A stretch of DNA of 64,000 bases from Phyllobates terribilis. Its lineage: Eukaryota. Shown in pieces: positions 14,060-26,493 of this stretch (within the stretch, counting starts at the first letter, position 1; each line of letters opens with the position of its first letter). The notes beneath the pieces are model-generated. The model did not search any database and had not been told where the DNA came from. It saw only the letters and a list, made by a program, of their open reading frames with translations. The position numbers and the translations under genes were made by a program. Where the stretch lies: NCBI RefSeq assembly GCF_046119375.1, contig NW_027362762.1, positions 900,488,001 to 900,552,000 of the forward strand. Direction: 5' to 3'.

Positions 14060-14845
14060 CCAGGGTAACCAGACCATTCATGACGTTTCTTCCATCCTAA
14101 ATATCCCAACTCCACTTGTGAGTGATATTATTGAGAAGTGGAAAGAACTACAGCAACTCAGCCATGAAGTGGAGACCCCGAAATGTTACAGAGCGGGGGG
14201 CCAAGTGCTGAGGAAAAGAGGGCAGAAAAGTCACCACTGCTTTGCTAACTCCATAACTTCAGAGTGCAGACCTCCTCTGGTATAACATCAGCAAAAATAC
14301 TGCGCTCGCGCCAGGATCTTCATGGCCGAGCAGCTGCATGCTGCCTTACATCACCAAGCACAACGCAGTCGGATGGAGTGGTGTAAAGCCGCCACCACTA
14401 GATTCTGGGGGAAACGTGTTCTGTGGAGTGATGGATCACACTTCTCTATCTGTGTCAGATAGATGAGTCTGGGATTTGTAATTTCAGGAGAATGTTACCC
14501 CCTTACTGCAGTGTGCCTACTGTACAGTGAAGGAGGGATAATGCTATAAGGGTGTTATTTAGGAGTCGGCCTCATCCCCTTGATTCAAGTGAAGAGTAAT
14601 CTTAATTCTTCAGCACAAGACATTTAGGGCAATTTTTGCTTCCAACTTTGTGGGAACATTTTGACAAAAAATTATTTTCTGTTCCCCATGACTGTGCCCA
14701 GACATGGTTGGGGGAGTTTGTGTGGAAGAACATAACCGGCAGCACAGAGCCCCAAACTCAGCCCCCATCCAACACCTTTTGGATGAACTAGAATGGAGAT
14801 GGTGAGCGTGGCCTCTCCCCAACATCAGAGTCTGACCTCACAAAT
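14060..14845 (+). mobile_element. Highly degraded Tc1-like transposase remnant
   Basis: Scattered motifs: SSILNIP...SDIIEKWK (ORF 13998-14285), VLWSD-like GTTCTGTGGAGTGAT at ~14418, VPTV at ~14512, PIxHLWDELE-like at ~14762-14792. Confidence 0.75.
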
Positions 14846-16751
14846 TCTTTCTTTCTTTCTTTCTTTCTTTCGTTCGTTCTTTCTTTCTTTCTCTCTTTCT
14901 TTCTTTCCTTCTCTTATAGAATTATATTAATACACACTACATAAGATCCTTTATTATCATCAGTATAGAAGTCTTTCTTGTCACCTTGGTTTTCTGTAGT
15001 TGTTCTTATTGCTGCTTCCCGAAAAGAGATAACATTNNNNNNNNNNNNNNNNNNNNNNNNNNNNNNNNNNNNNNNNNNNNNNNNNNNNNNNNNNNNNNNN
15101 NNNNNNNNNNNNNNNNNNNNNNNNNNNNNNNNNNNNNNNNNNNNNNNNNNNNNNNNNNNNNNNNNNNNNNNNNNNNNNNNNNNNNNNNNNNNNNNNNNNN
15201 NNNNNNNNNNNNNNNNNNNNNNNNNNNNNNNNNNNNNNNNNNNNNNNNNNNNNNNNNNNNNNNNNNNNNNNNNNNNNNNNNNNNNNNNNNNNNNNNNNNN
15301 NNNNNNNNTTATTATCATCAGTATAGAAGTCTTTCTTGTCGCCTTGGTTTTCTGTAGTTGTCCTTATTGCTGATCCTTCCTTCCTTCCTTTGCCATTTTC
15401 TCTTCTTAAACACTCTGCGCTCGTTACTCTCCTCCTGAACTCACTGAATTGTGTTTCCTGCTGCACAGATTTCACAGGTTAATAGTGGAGTGAGGACCCA
15501 GGTAATGAGAAATAATGCCGGACTTTGAAGCTCCTTTGGTGCCACATTATTACCAGTCTTGCTGTCATTGTAGAAGCCGTCTGTCGTATGGAAGCTCAAT
15601 TACTTTTCTCCTGGAGTTCTCGGATTTTCAAGGGGTTGAACTCTTTCTGAAAACTTTCTGCTGTAATCTGCAGTAGTTAAAAAAAAAAAACTTGAGTATT
15701 AGGTGTCTGTTATTTATCTGCATCCCTGACGTCACATAGACAACACTGCAGCCAATCACTGACCTCAACAACCAGTGCTGGCTACATAAGTAGAGCTGCT
15801 AAGCTCAGTGATTGGCTGCAGCGCTGTCAATATGACCTCAGTGCTGCAGAGAAATAATAGAAATTGAGCTGGATCCAGGGAGGGTAAATAATACTCAGTT
15901 TTTTTTGTTTTTTTTTATAACTATCACATAAAACATGAAGTTTTGTGAAGGAGGCAGCCCCTTTTAACATTAATCTTTTTAAGAAATGTAGAAAGAAACA
16001 AACTTTAAAATTTTTGCTAAGATAAATGGCCGACAGATACTTTTAATGCCTGTTTTTGCACCCATACCAATATACTGCCACAGGAATGAAAAAGCAAAAT
16101 GTCATGACCTGCAGTTTTATTTTTTTGCCACAAGGTGGCAGAAGCCATAACTTTCACTCATTATATTAACATTAGCAGTATTGTAAATGTGGCATCTATT
16201 GTTTTCCATCTATACTATAGATATACTACAGTAGATATAATAGAGATACTGTAGATATAATACAGATGCTATAGGTATACGTATTAATTTCATATCAAGA
16301 GATGCTATTTAAGTCAATTAACTTAGTGTTCAAATTCAATTATATATTTGCTTCTTAATTAATTGATGTTTTATAGAACCAATGAATGAAAATATTTGAT
16401 CAATTGCCTGCAGTTGCCACCTACTAGCTGTCATTTTTTCATGACTTTTTAGTTTTTTTTTCATGGGTTACTCTTCTTTCATTTTGTACTATAACACTGG
16501 ATAATACTGGATATGACCACAAGAGGGCCCCTTTACTCAAAAAAGACAAATATCCATGTTCATTCCTGCTTGGTGCCTTCATAAGTTATATCTTTATATA
16601 GGAAATATAATAAGTAAATATATTAAATATAATATATTTATATGGTAAATATATTATATAGTACATAAATTCCTGGAATTATAATTTCAGTGCTATTATA
16701 TTTCAGTTCTTATCAAATAAATGCTAGTTTGCCATAGATTCATAGTTTTAA

Positions 16752-17187
16752 AGGCAATCTATAACCAGATTTCTACTACCCCATCTGAGAGCAGCATGAT
16801 GTAGAGGCAAAGACCCTGATTCCAGCAATGTATCACTTACTTGGCTGCTTGCTGCAGTTTTGATAAAACCACTGTTTTATCTGTTGATGATCTACCAGTT
16901 CTCTGAATGCTGGGCTCTGTATAACCCCGCCCACATCACTGATTGGTATCTTTCTGTGTGCACTGTGCATAGACAGAAACCTACCAATCAGTGGTGGGGG
17001 CGTGGTTGGACGATATGGCCGCAGTTTTACTAGTCCTCTAGTGATAATCTCAGGCTGATAAAACAGTCATTTTTATCAAAACTACAACAAGCAGCCCAGT
17101 AAGTGATATATCGCTGGAATCAGGATCTCTGTCCCTACATTGTGCTGCTCTCAGATCAAGTAACAAAAATGTGGTGATTGATTCCCT
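16752..17187. mobile_element. Palindromic MITE, TTAA target, AGG-start termini (T2/Kolobok-like)
   Basis: TTAA|AGGCAATCT...GATTCCCT|TTAA; long imperfect inverted arms and a central hairpin. Confidence 0.85.
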
Positions 17188-19361
17188 TTAAGCTTGAAAT
17201 AAGACACAAGTGCGTCGAGTTCATTGTATAACATATCATGTTGATCCAGAGGAAGGCAAAAATCTAATTTTTGTCTAATAAAAGGTTACAGAACGGCTTA
17301 CTAAATCCATAGGAATACGAATTCCCCTCGACTTTCACAATCTCTGTCATTGAATATTACTGTTTGCTTCCAGTAGAACAATCTCTTTGCTTCCATGTGT
17401 TTAGCTCTTAAAGAAATTTGGCCAAACACTTGCATCGTTCTTAGTAAACTTTCAACAACTTCCATGACACAAAGCCATTGGGAATTAAGGAGTAAGTTCT
17501 GTTGTCTTAAAATTAAAACTCTGTTCCACTTTTCTGTATTTCATCCCAGCTTCAGCTGTGCTCGGATATAGGGTGGCGGCATAAATTCATTAGTCATGGT
17601 ACATTTTACATGGTTTTGCCCAGCTGGCATGATACAAGAACCTTCACCAACCGCCCTCGTAAAACCTGATCAACCCCCAACACCACGGCTCACAAATAGC
17701 TGTGAAATCGGTAAACCTGGGCGAGGAATCAGAGCGAGGAACGGGGACCTGTTACACGGACTGGGGGTCTCTGGAGGGATCAGAGGGTCACAGACAACAG
17801 AGGTTCAGTGATCAGAGCCTGGGTCTATCCAGGAATAACGAGTCAATATCTCAGGGACATGGCTTCAGCTACTTGCAATACATACTAGATTCAAGGCAAA
17901 TAGAATTCACCCAAAAATTTGGATTCACCACCGGAATCTGATTTCTTTGCTAATCACTTTGGACAAGTCCAGCAAAATGATGGCCAATATGCTGCATTAT
18001 ATAGGTTTGTGAAGGGGTTAAAAAAATCGTACTCTCGGCTCTTCTTGGCCCTCCTCATCCCACTCGGCCTTAAAGAAGACCGGCTCTTCTCTTTTCTGTC
18101 TTCTGACCAATGGTGGGATAAGAACGAGGATGGCAAAAGAGATGTGACTAAGTATAAATTTATTTTTATTTTTTAATCCCTTCCCGGTCCTGTCAGGTGT
18201 TATGGTAAAGTCTTCTTGACTGCTGTGCTCTGCATAGGCAGTAACCAAGGTAACAGAAGTTGAGCAGGCAAGAATAAAGACAACATTACTGAGCGCGGAT
18301 TTTACATTTTTACAATTTTTTTTTTTACCCTAACTAGGCTTAGGTTTAGTGTTAGGATCAAGGATAGGGTTAGGGATAGATTCATTGCCAGGGTGAGATT
18401 TAGGGCTATGGTTAGAACAAGATTTAGTGGTAGGGAAAAAAGGCATCGTACGTGGTATAACACTTGTTTTAACTTTTGAATTTTTTTGTCGGATTTCAGG
18501 CAAAAAGCAGAAAAAAAAAACTAGACGATCAAAGGCCGAACTATAATTGTATCAACATTTTGTTAAGTTACAATACACGTGCTTAGAGAAATGAGGGGTT
18601 GATTAGCGGACCGGTGGAAAGTTTCGGGGGGGGGGGGGGCAAAGGGTGCAAAATACTTGCTCGTATGCTGGCAAGTGCAACCCATACTATGCAACTGATG
18701 GAATCCTAGGAACCATCTTGTGCACCAGCGCTTACAACCTCTATGTACCAGTCCCTGCTTTGTACAGCAATGCGGCACCCTCGGCACCCCCATAGTCACT
18801 TTACTGCAGAAGATCTTGATCAAGTATTACCTTACCTTGGGTAAACAAATCAGACGTATGAGCCGACTGCTGTGATATATTTATTACAGTTTTTGCCCTT
18901 TTTAGTGCCCCCTCTCCACTGCCAATCGTGTAACCGGCGTTCATCACCCCAGTACTTGTTCCCAAATGCATTTACTGCCGTTGCTTCCCCTTAATGCAGG
19001 GCTCCACCAGTCTTGCCAAGTGTTAAGTGCTCGAGAGATGCCGTAATATGCACAGTCAGATTTGCAAGCACTTATTGCTATTGTTGCAAGGTGCACAGGA
19101 CAAGGGTGACGGCGACTCGTCAGTCAATCACAGGGTATTAGGGAAGATTGGGAGCTTTGATTCATTGCTCATCACCATTAATTTACTTATTTATAAAGCA
19201 GCAGAAAAACAATTCTCAGCTCTGAAGTGAGATGGTCTTAAGAAGGCTTCAAAGTGCAAAAGTGGACGATAAAACCTGATTCGGTGGTATACAGGACAGT
19301 CTGCAAGTTCATGAAATAAACGGGATTTTAACAGGAAAGGTGGCCCTCTGCTGGAACTTAA

Positions 19362-19867
19362 AGGGAACCTGACAAATCCCCAAATACTGTTAACCTGTAG
19401 ATATGGGGTTAATCTGCAGTTTAATTGCATTATAAAGCCGTGTGACTGCCGCACTGAAAGCCCGGCTACCGGGAGGACATGAACTTTAATCCTCCCGGCT
19501 GCCTCCGGCTTTCAGTCATAGAGGTGCGGCCGGCACGGCTTAAGTCACCGCTCAGTATATATAGTAACCATCAGCTGTAACCGCTCCCCCATCACTGACT
19601 GCCAGCCGCTCAGCAGGGCATCAGTACAGAGCCAGCTTTCAGTCAGTGCCAGGTCGGGGTTTCTTCTGCCATTCTCTAAGTACTGAGTAATGACTGAAGC
19701 CGCGCCTCTATAACTAAAAGCCGGAGGCTGCCGGGAGGAGTGAAGTTTGTTTCCGCCCAGTAGCCCAGCTTCCAGTGTGGTGGCCTCACAGCTTCAGAAC
19801 GCTATTACCTTGTGGATTATCCCCATATCTGCAGGTTACTAGCATTTTTTGACATGCCTGGTTCCCT
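19362..19867. mobile_element. Palindromic MITE, TTAA target (T2/Kolobok-like)
   Basis: TTAA|AGGGAACCTG...CCTGGTTCCCT|TTAA; arms such as GCCTCCGGCTTTCAGTCATAGAGG / CCTCTATAACTAAAAGCCGGAGGC. Confidence 0.85.
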
Positions 19868-19871
19868 TTAA

Positions 19872-20207
19872 AGGGAGGCTATCATCAGATAATTAGTTAT
19901 TAGTTAAATCAGCTATTTGTGTTAAATGACATTATTTAGAGGGTGTTATCAGTGTGAGACTTGTAGATCATTAGGGCAGACTGTCAGTCATTACATGTCT
20001 CCCCCTTTTATGTAAAATAATCTCTGGGAGAAGATTTTCAGGGAGATCTATGTCCGGCCCATAGGTCTTAACAGCTCATTTACATATTAAGAAAAAATAT
20101 AGATATCTCGGATTGCAGATATCAAGGTATCATGTTATTCAGCTTTATATTACCTGCATGCCCATATAGACGGCTTAGGAGGGCTGATCCCACTGACAGA
20201 TTCCATT
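19872..20207. mobile_element. MITE fragment abutting the previous element; related copy at ~44730-44910
   Basis: Starts AGGGAGGCT right after the shared TTAA and ends GACAGATTCCATT; internal CAGGGAGATCTATG...GACGGCTTAGGAGG recurs at ~44740-44895. Confidence 0.7.
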
Positions 20208-21072
20208 CAAGTGTATAGGGAATTTCCATCTGTTCCTTTACACCAATTGTCAAGGGAGATAATGTTCAAACAGTTGGATTTCCACATGCGAGATGCCAGA
20301 TAAGCCACTCACAGATGAGTCTGACAGCAGTATATTCATTTCTACTTACAAAAGAGCACATGCACACTAGACCAAACTGATCATGCATGTGTATGGGGGG
20401 ATCGATAGGCAAAGCTGTTGACTGACTACTATGTAATGTGTGTGGCCGCCTGATCTGGTGGGTTCATCGATGATACATCTGATGTGTATGAACAGTTTAG
20501 GGCTCGTGCTTTCTCCTAGAAATTGCAAAAGAGATGGGCAAAAGATTTGATCACCAGGGAAATGTTTTGGTTTTGTTTTGTCCTTTGACTTCTTCTCCTT
20601 TCTACAACCATGAAACATATATCTACTTATGACGGCCAACACAACAAGGCATCAGTTCACAGACTCTTCGGCAAGAAAGGAAACACTGTTCATAGCTCAG
20701 ATGACATAACATCATATATTCATCCTGCTCTGAGGCTTCGGATGCTTCAACACCGGTTGTTCTAGATGTTTATTACTCTTTTCAATCTTGTTAATTGGCT
20801 TTCATGTCTTAACATATGTTTAGCTCCAAGCAATGAAAACTACTGAACTCTGAACAAAGGCTGCTGAACTGAGTTACATGTGGATATTGTAGTACAGTAA
20901 CATCGACTGTATGCGCTATAAACAAGGCTGTGTCTACCGGCTAGAAAACGTCAAGATGAGGGGGCTACAGGAGTCCCTAAGAAATATGAATGACCTTAAG
21001 TATAAGATAACTAAGTATTTCGAAAGATCTTGATCCGAGAGTCCAAGGCCGTGGCGCATTCATACTACTAAT

Positions 21073-21288
21073 GGTGTCGGACTGGCGAGCCAAGGGCCAA
21101 CTCCAGGGCCCCACTTTTCAGTTGACATTATCCTCAATTACAAATGTATATAACAATGAACTGGGTAGATTATTACATGAATAAGATGCTGCCTTTGTCT
21201 GTACATAGTGATCCAAGTATTGCTCATATCAGAGGGTGTTGGCCCACCGGAGGATTCTCCTGTTTTCCTGCTGGCCAGTCCAAGCCTG
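21073..21288. mobile_element. Non-autonomous DNA element (GGACTGG...CCAGTCC termini, hAT-like); second copy at 52717-52987
   Basis: Two dispersed copies share GCCAACTCCAGGGCCCCACTTTTCAG and GGAGGATTCTCCTGTT...GCCAGTCCAAGCCTG. Confidence 0.7.
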
Positions 21289-21488
21289 GTATAAGCATTG
21301 GCATCATAAATAAGACACATCATGAATAGGAGTCTTTACTGCACCCTTCTGGCCTCTCAATAAGTCTCTATACAAGGACGGAGAATGTGATAAGTTTATA
21401 GGATAAGATGAGGATCCCAAATGTATTAATCATCTACCAAAAATATCAGTAGAAAATGTAACAAAATTGTCTTTTTTTTTTCTAATAG

Positions 21489-21686
21489 ATTCATTTGGAA
21501 ACCCCGTGCCTCCCGGTGATCAAGTCAGTCTTGCCCAGCAGATATCAGATGTGGTAAAGCAGCCGGCCTTTATTGCAGGGATCGGTGCCGCCTGCTGGAT
21601 TATACTGATGGTATTTAGCATCTGGTTGTACCGTCATCGCAAGAAACGCAGCGGACTTAACAGCACCTATGCTGGGATCAGGAAAG
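21489..21686 (+). CDS. ROBO1: ROBO1 transmembrane exon, 198 nt ([66 protein letters not shown])
   Basis: AATAG acceptor, GTATCC donor at 21687; phase 1 to 1; hydrophobic helix followed by basic stop-transfer RHRKKR. Confidence 0.97.
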
Positions 21687-22596
21687 GTATCCAGAGCCTC
21701 TGCACACTGACGTCAGATTAGAAATTCCTGTGGCGGATTGTCTCATTCTTAAAGTAAAGCTCTAGGTTTATAATAGGGAATTGCATGAATAGCAATTTGC
21801 CAATGACTTCCAAACCCCGGCTTTCCCCCAGTCTATTTTCTTGCCTACAGTTGCATTTATATCAGAACATACTCATTTGGAGTACAGCTGATGGCAGTGA
21901 TGGGTCAGCTCAGCTCCTGTGTCACTAACTCTGAGGATAAGCTTCTGCAGGAGATTGGTCTGATAAGCACAACACTCAGGAGAGGAGACAGGCGCTGACC
22001 CATCACTGCCATCAGCTGTACTCCACATGAGTGTGTTCTAATATCAGTGCAGCTGAAGGCAGGAAAATAGCCTGGGGAAAAGCCAGGGAAACTACATACA
22101 TGCATTTTTATAGAATAGAAGACAATAAAGTGATTTGCAAAGTTTCATAACTTTTCATGATGGATAAAATAAATAATGAAAGCTTAGCTACTATTTTCGG
22201 TAATTTTTAATTCCCCTGTGATAATAATTTAGCTTATTTTCTCTTTGGTAAAAATTTATCTCACTTTATGAGGATTGTAAACCGATTCTTTATATACTGA
22301 GGTTACTGCCGTCCATGGGACCAATTTTTGTATCAGTTTATTTCCTATCTGTGCTTGAAGAATCACATCTGAACTTCTTTGCTCTTCTTACCTCATGACA
22401 ACACTTCCTGGCCTTTGTGCTGATCTCATTCATCCTGGTCTTAGGGATGTAACATAGATCTTAATTAACATCCACGTCAATGCTTACTGATAGACTCATA
22501 ATTAATAACTGCGACTACTAAAGCACAGTTCAGATGTGGACGGTGATGATTGCTGATTTGGATTCACACAATACATTACTGAAACAAAACAAAAAG

Positions 22597-23386
22597 TTAT
22601 TATTATTTATTATTATAGCGCCATTTATTCCATGGCACTTTACATGTGATAGGGATATACATAGCAAACAAGTACAATAATTTGAACAAAAACTAGTCAG
22701 CGACTGGTACAGGAGGAGCGAGGACCCTGCCCACGAGGGCTCACAATCTACAAGGGATGGATGAGGATGCAGTCGGTGAGGGTACAGCTGGTCGTGCAGG
22801 GGTATGGTGGATCGAGGGTTACTGCAGGTTGTAGGCTTGTCGGAAGAGGTGGGTCTTCAGGTTCCTTTTGAAGGTTTCCAAGGTAGGCGAGAGTCTGATA
22901 TGTTGGGGTAGAGAGTTCCAAAGTAGGGGGGAAGCACGGGAGAAATCTTGGATGCGATTGTGGGAAGAGGAGATAAGAGGGGAGTAGAGCAGGAGATCTT
23001 GTGAGGATTGGAGGTTGTGTGCAAGTAAGTACCAGGAGACTAGGTCACAGATGTATGGAGGAGACAGGTTGTGGATGGCTTTGTATGCCATGGTTAGGGT
23101 TTTGAACTGGAGTCTCTAGGTAACAGGGAGCCAGTGCAGGGATTGACAGAGGGATGATGCCAGGGAATAGCGAGGGGACAGGTGGATTAGTCGGCTAGCA
23201 GAGTTTAGGATAGATTAAAGGGGGGATGTTAGAAGGCAGGCCACTAGAGTAGGAGGTTGCAGCAGCCGAGGCAGGAGAAGATGAGGGCATGCACTACTGT
23301 TTTTGCAGATTCTTGTTTGAGGAATGTGCAGACCTGGGAGATATTTTTGAGATGGAGTCGGCAGGAAGTAGAAAGGGCTTGGATCT
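22597..23386 (-). mobile_element. L2 LINE 3' fragment with (AAT)n tail
   Basis: (TTA)n at 22597-22616; ORF 22819-23091 ends in an L2 ORF2 C-terminus (WNSLPQHIRLSPTLETFKRNLKTHLFRQAY). Confidence 0.92.
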
Positions 23387-23398
23387 GTAGGAAGAATG

Positions 23399-23516
23399 CT
23401 CCACCATACCGCTGCACGACCTGCTCTATCCTCACCTACTGTATCCCCACCCATCCCTTGTAGCTTGTGAGCTCTCGCGGGCAGGGTCCTGTCTCCTCCT
23501 GCACCAGTCGCTGACA
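23399..23516 (+). mobile_element. L2 3'UTR fragment in opposite orientation
   Basis: Reverse complement of ~22695-22812 and ~58596-58713 (…GCAGGGTCC…CTCCTCCTG…ACCAGTCGCTGAC). Confidence 0.85.
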
Positions 23517-24608
23517 CATTTCCATTTCATTATTGTCAGCGCCAACCAATCAGATTGCAGATCATGAGGCCTAATAGGAAAGCTAAAACCTAATTAGTTA
23601 CCATGGAACAGACCAAAACGTATAAAACAGCCTCTATGTACAGTATGGCGGACCGTCATAATGCAAGATTGAAAAAAAGCCCGAACACTCAAAATTTCTA
23701 CATGGGTTAAGGAGGACCCATTACCTCTCCTGACTTGTCTGCATTGGTATATTACTGCATTTCTCACCATACAACAGTTCTGGAGCATATTTCCTCATCG
23801 TTCTGTCTGGTGTTGGGGTGTTACCAGTTGGGGGCGTGTCCATGCACACTAACACTGTCCAATCAGTTTTGGCAATGTCAGAAGGTGTTGGGACCCACCC
23901 CTTTGGCATATGGTAAGGCCTAGTTGTCAATTATTTTTCCATAAATTTCTAAGAGGAATAACAGAGGAATGGCACAATGCAGAGTTATAAGTGAAATGCT
24001 CCCAAATTTGTTGTTGCCTGGGAAATACAAGTGTTTATTAAAAAAAGACAAGTTAGTAAGGGTGACCTTAAAGGGAATATGTCAGGTCGTTTTTGCCTAC
24101 CCTATTAATAGTATCCTGAAATAGGGCTTTGGCAGTGCTTTCAGGATATGTATCTTCTATTTTTGTACGTTGCCCCGTTGTGTTGCTGTAAGTGGCGGAC
24201 AAATTTATAGTTGCGTGCTGGCAAGTAAAACGTTGTATGTAATACATAAAGAATATTCACCCCTTCCCCCGCTCATAATCTCGCCCACACTGGTGTGTGT
24301 GTGTGTGTATATATAAATATACATATGTGTGTATATATTGAGTGTGTGTGNNNNNNNNNNNNNNNNNNNNNNNNNNNNNNNNNNNNNNNNNNNNNNNNNN
24401 NNNNNNNNNNNNNNNNNNNNNNNNNNNNNNNNNNNNNNNNNNNNNNNNNNNNNNNNNNNNNNNNNNNNNNNNNNNNNNNNNNNNNNNNNNNNNNNNNNNN
24501 NNNNNNNNNNNNNNNNNNNNNNNNNNNNNNNNNNNNNNNNNNNNNNNNNNNNNNNNNNNNNNNNNNNNNNNNNNNNNNNNNNNNNNNNNNNNNNNNNNNN
24601 NNNNNNNN

Positions 24609-25059
24609 GACACACCTCATTTAAAGATTTTTCTGTATTTTCAAGACTATGAAAATTGTACATTCACACTGAAGGCATCAAAACTATGAATTAACACATG
24701 TGGAATTATATACTTAACAAAAAAGTGTGAAACATCTGAAAATATGTCTTATATTCTAGGTTCTTCAAAATAGCCACCTTTTGCTTTGATGACTGCTTTG
24801 CACTCTTGGCATTCTCTTGATGAGCTTCAAGAGGTAGTCACCGGAAATGGTTTTCACTCCATAGGTGTGTCCTGTCAGGTTTAATAAGTGGGATTTCTTG
24901 CCTTATAAATGGGGTTGGGACCATCAGTTGTGTTGTGCAGAAGTCAGGTGGATACACAGCTGATAGTCCTACTGAATAGACTGTTAGAATTTTCATAGTC
25001 AGGAAAATACAGAAAAATCTTTAAATGAGAAGGTGTGTCCAAACTTTTGGTCTGTACTG
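24609..25059. mobile_element. Non-autonomous Tc1-derived element; left end lost in gap
   Basis: Inverted ends GACACACC(T)CATTTAAAGATTTTTCTGTATTTTC / GAAAATACAGAAAAATCTTTAAATGAGAAGGTGTGTCCAAACTTTTGGTCTGTACTG|TA. Confidence 0.85.
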
Positions 25060-25087
25060 TACATATATATACATACGTGTGTCTGTA

Positions 25088-26493
25088 CAGTGGTGGCCAA
25101 AAGTATTGGCACTCCTGCAATTCTGTCAGATAATACTCAGTTTCTTCCTGAAAATGATTGCAATCACAAATTCTTTGGTATTATTATCTTCATTTAATTT
25201 GTCTTCAATGAAAAAACACAAAAAGAATTGTCCTAAAGCCAAATTGGATATAATTCCACACCAAACCTAAAAAAGGGGGTGAACAAAAGTATTGGCACTT
25301 TTGAAAAATCATGTGATGCTTCTTTAATTCGTGTAATTAACAGCACCTGTAACTTACCTGTGGCACCTAACAGGTGTTGGCAATAACTAAATCACACTTG
25401 CAGCCAGTTAACATGGATTAAAGTTGACTCAACCTCTGTCCTGTGTCCTTGTGTGTACCACATTGAGCATGAAGAAAAGAAAGAAGACCAAAGAACTGTC
25501 TGAGGACTTGAGAAACCAAATTGTGAGGAAGCATGAGCAATCTCAAGGCTACAAGTCCATCTCCAAAGACCTGAATGTTCCTGTGTCTTCCGTGCACAGT
25601 GTCATCAAGAAGTTTAAAGCCCATGGCACTGTGGCTAACCTCCCTAGATGTGGACGGAAAAGGAAAATTGACGAGAGATTTCAACGCAAGATTGTGCGGA
25701 TGGTGGATAAAGAACCTCGACTAACATCCAAACAAGTTCAAGCTGCCCTGCAGTCCGAGGGTACAACAGTGTCAACCCGTACTATCCGTCGGCGTCTGAA
25801 TGAAAAGGGACTGTATGGTAGGATACCCACGAACACCCCACTTCTTACCCCGAGACATAAAAAAGCCAGGCTGGAGTTTGCCAAAACTTACCTGAGAAAG
25901 CCTAAAACGTTTTGGAAGAATGTTCTCTGGTCAGATGAGACAAAAGTAGAGTTTTTTGGGAAAAAGCATCAACATAGAGCGACAATGACCCAAAACACAC
26001 TTCCAAAAGCACTATAAAATGGTTTGAGAGAAAGCACTGGAGACTTCTAAGGTGGCCAGCAATGAGTCCAGACCTGAATCCCATAGAACACCTGTGGAGA
26101 GATCTCAAAATGGCAGTTTGGAGAAGGCACCCTTCAAATATCAGGGACCTGGAGCAGTTTGCCAAAGAAGAATGGTCTACAATTCCAGCAGAGCATTGTA
26201 AGAAACTCATTGATGGTTACCGGAAGCGGTTGTTCTCAGTTGTTTTGGCTAAAGGTTGTGCAACCAAGTATTAGGCTGAGGGTGCCAATACTTTTGTCTG
26301 GCCCATTTTTGGAGTTTTGTGTGAAATGATCAATGATTTGATTTTTGCTTCATTCTCTTTTGTGTTTTTTCCTTGCAAGCAAATTAAATGAAGAGAATAA
26401 TACCAAAGAATTTGTGATTGCAATCATTTTCAGGAAGAAACTGAGTATTATCTGACTGAATTGCAGGGGTGCCAATACTTTTGGCCACCACTG
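25088..26493 (+). mobile_element. Tc1/mariner transposon, both TIRs intact, internal deletion in transposase
   Basis: TA|CAGTGGTGGCCAAAAGTATTGGCAC...GTGCCAATACTTTTGGCCACCACTG|TA; ~210-bp IR/DR arms. ORF 25424-26017 carries the HTH and WSDETK; DNDPKHT follows out of frame at ~25981; SPDLNPIEHLW at 26062. Confidence 0.96.

Noticed and set aside
14914-15375. ~65-bp direct duplication on either side of gap 15037-15308
   Set aside because: Typical of a collapsed tandem repeat or overlapping contig ends at a scaffold gap; needs long reads before any interpretation.
17600-18260. Possible ancient L1/Tx1 ORF2 remnant (FSYLQY, AALYRF-like words)
   Set aside because: Similarity is too weak and fragmentary to call without a profile search.
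18328-18435. Degenerate TTAGGG-like run
   Set aside because: Only one or two exact units. Such degenerate runs are common inside fish and amphibian non-autonomous DNA elements and do not indicate a telomere fusion.
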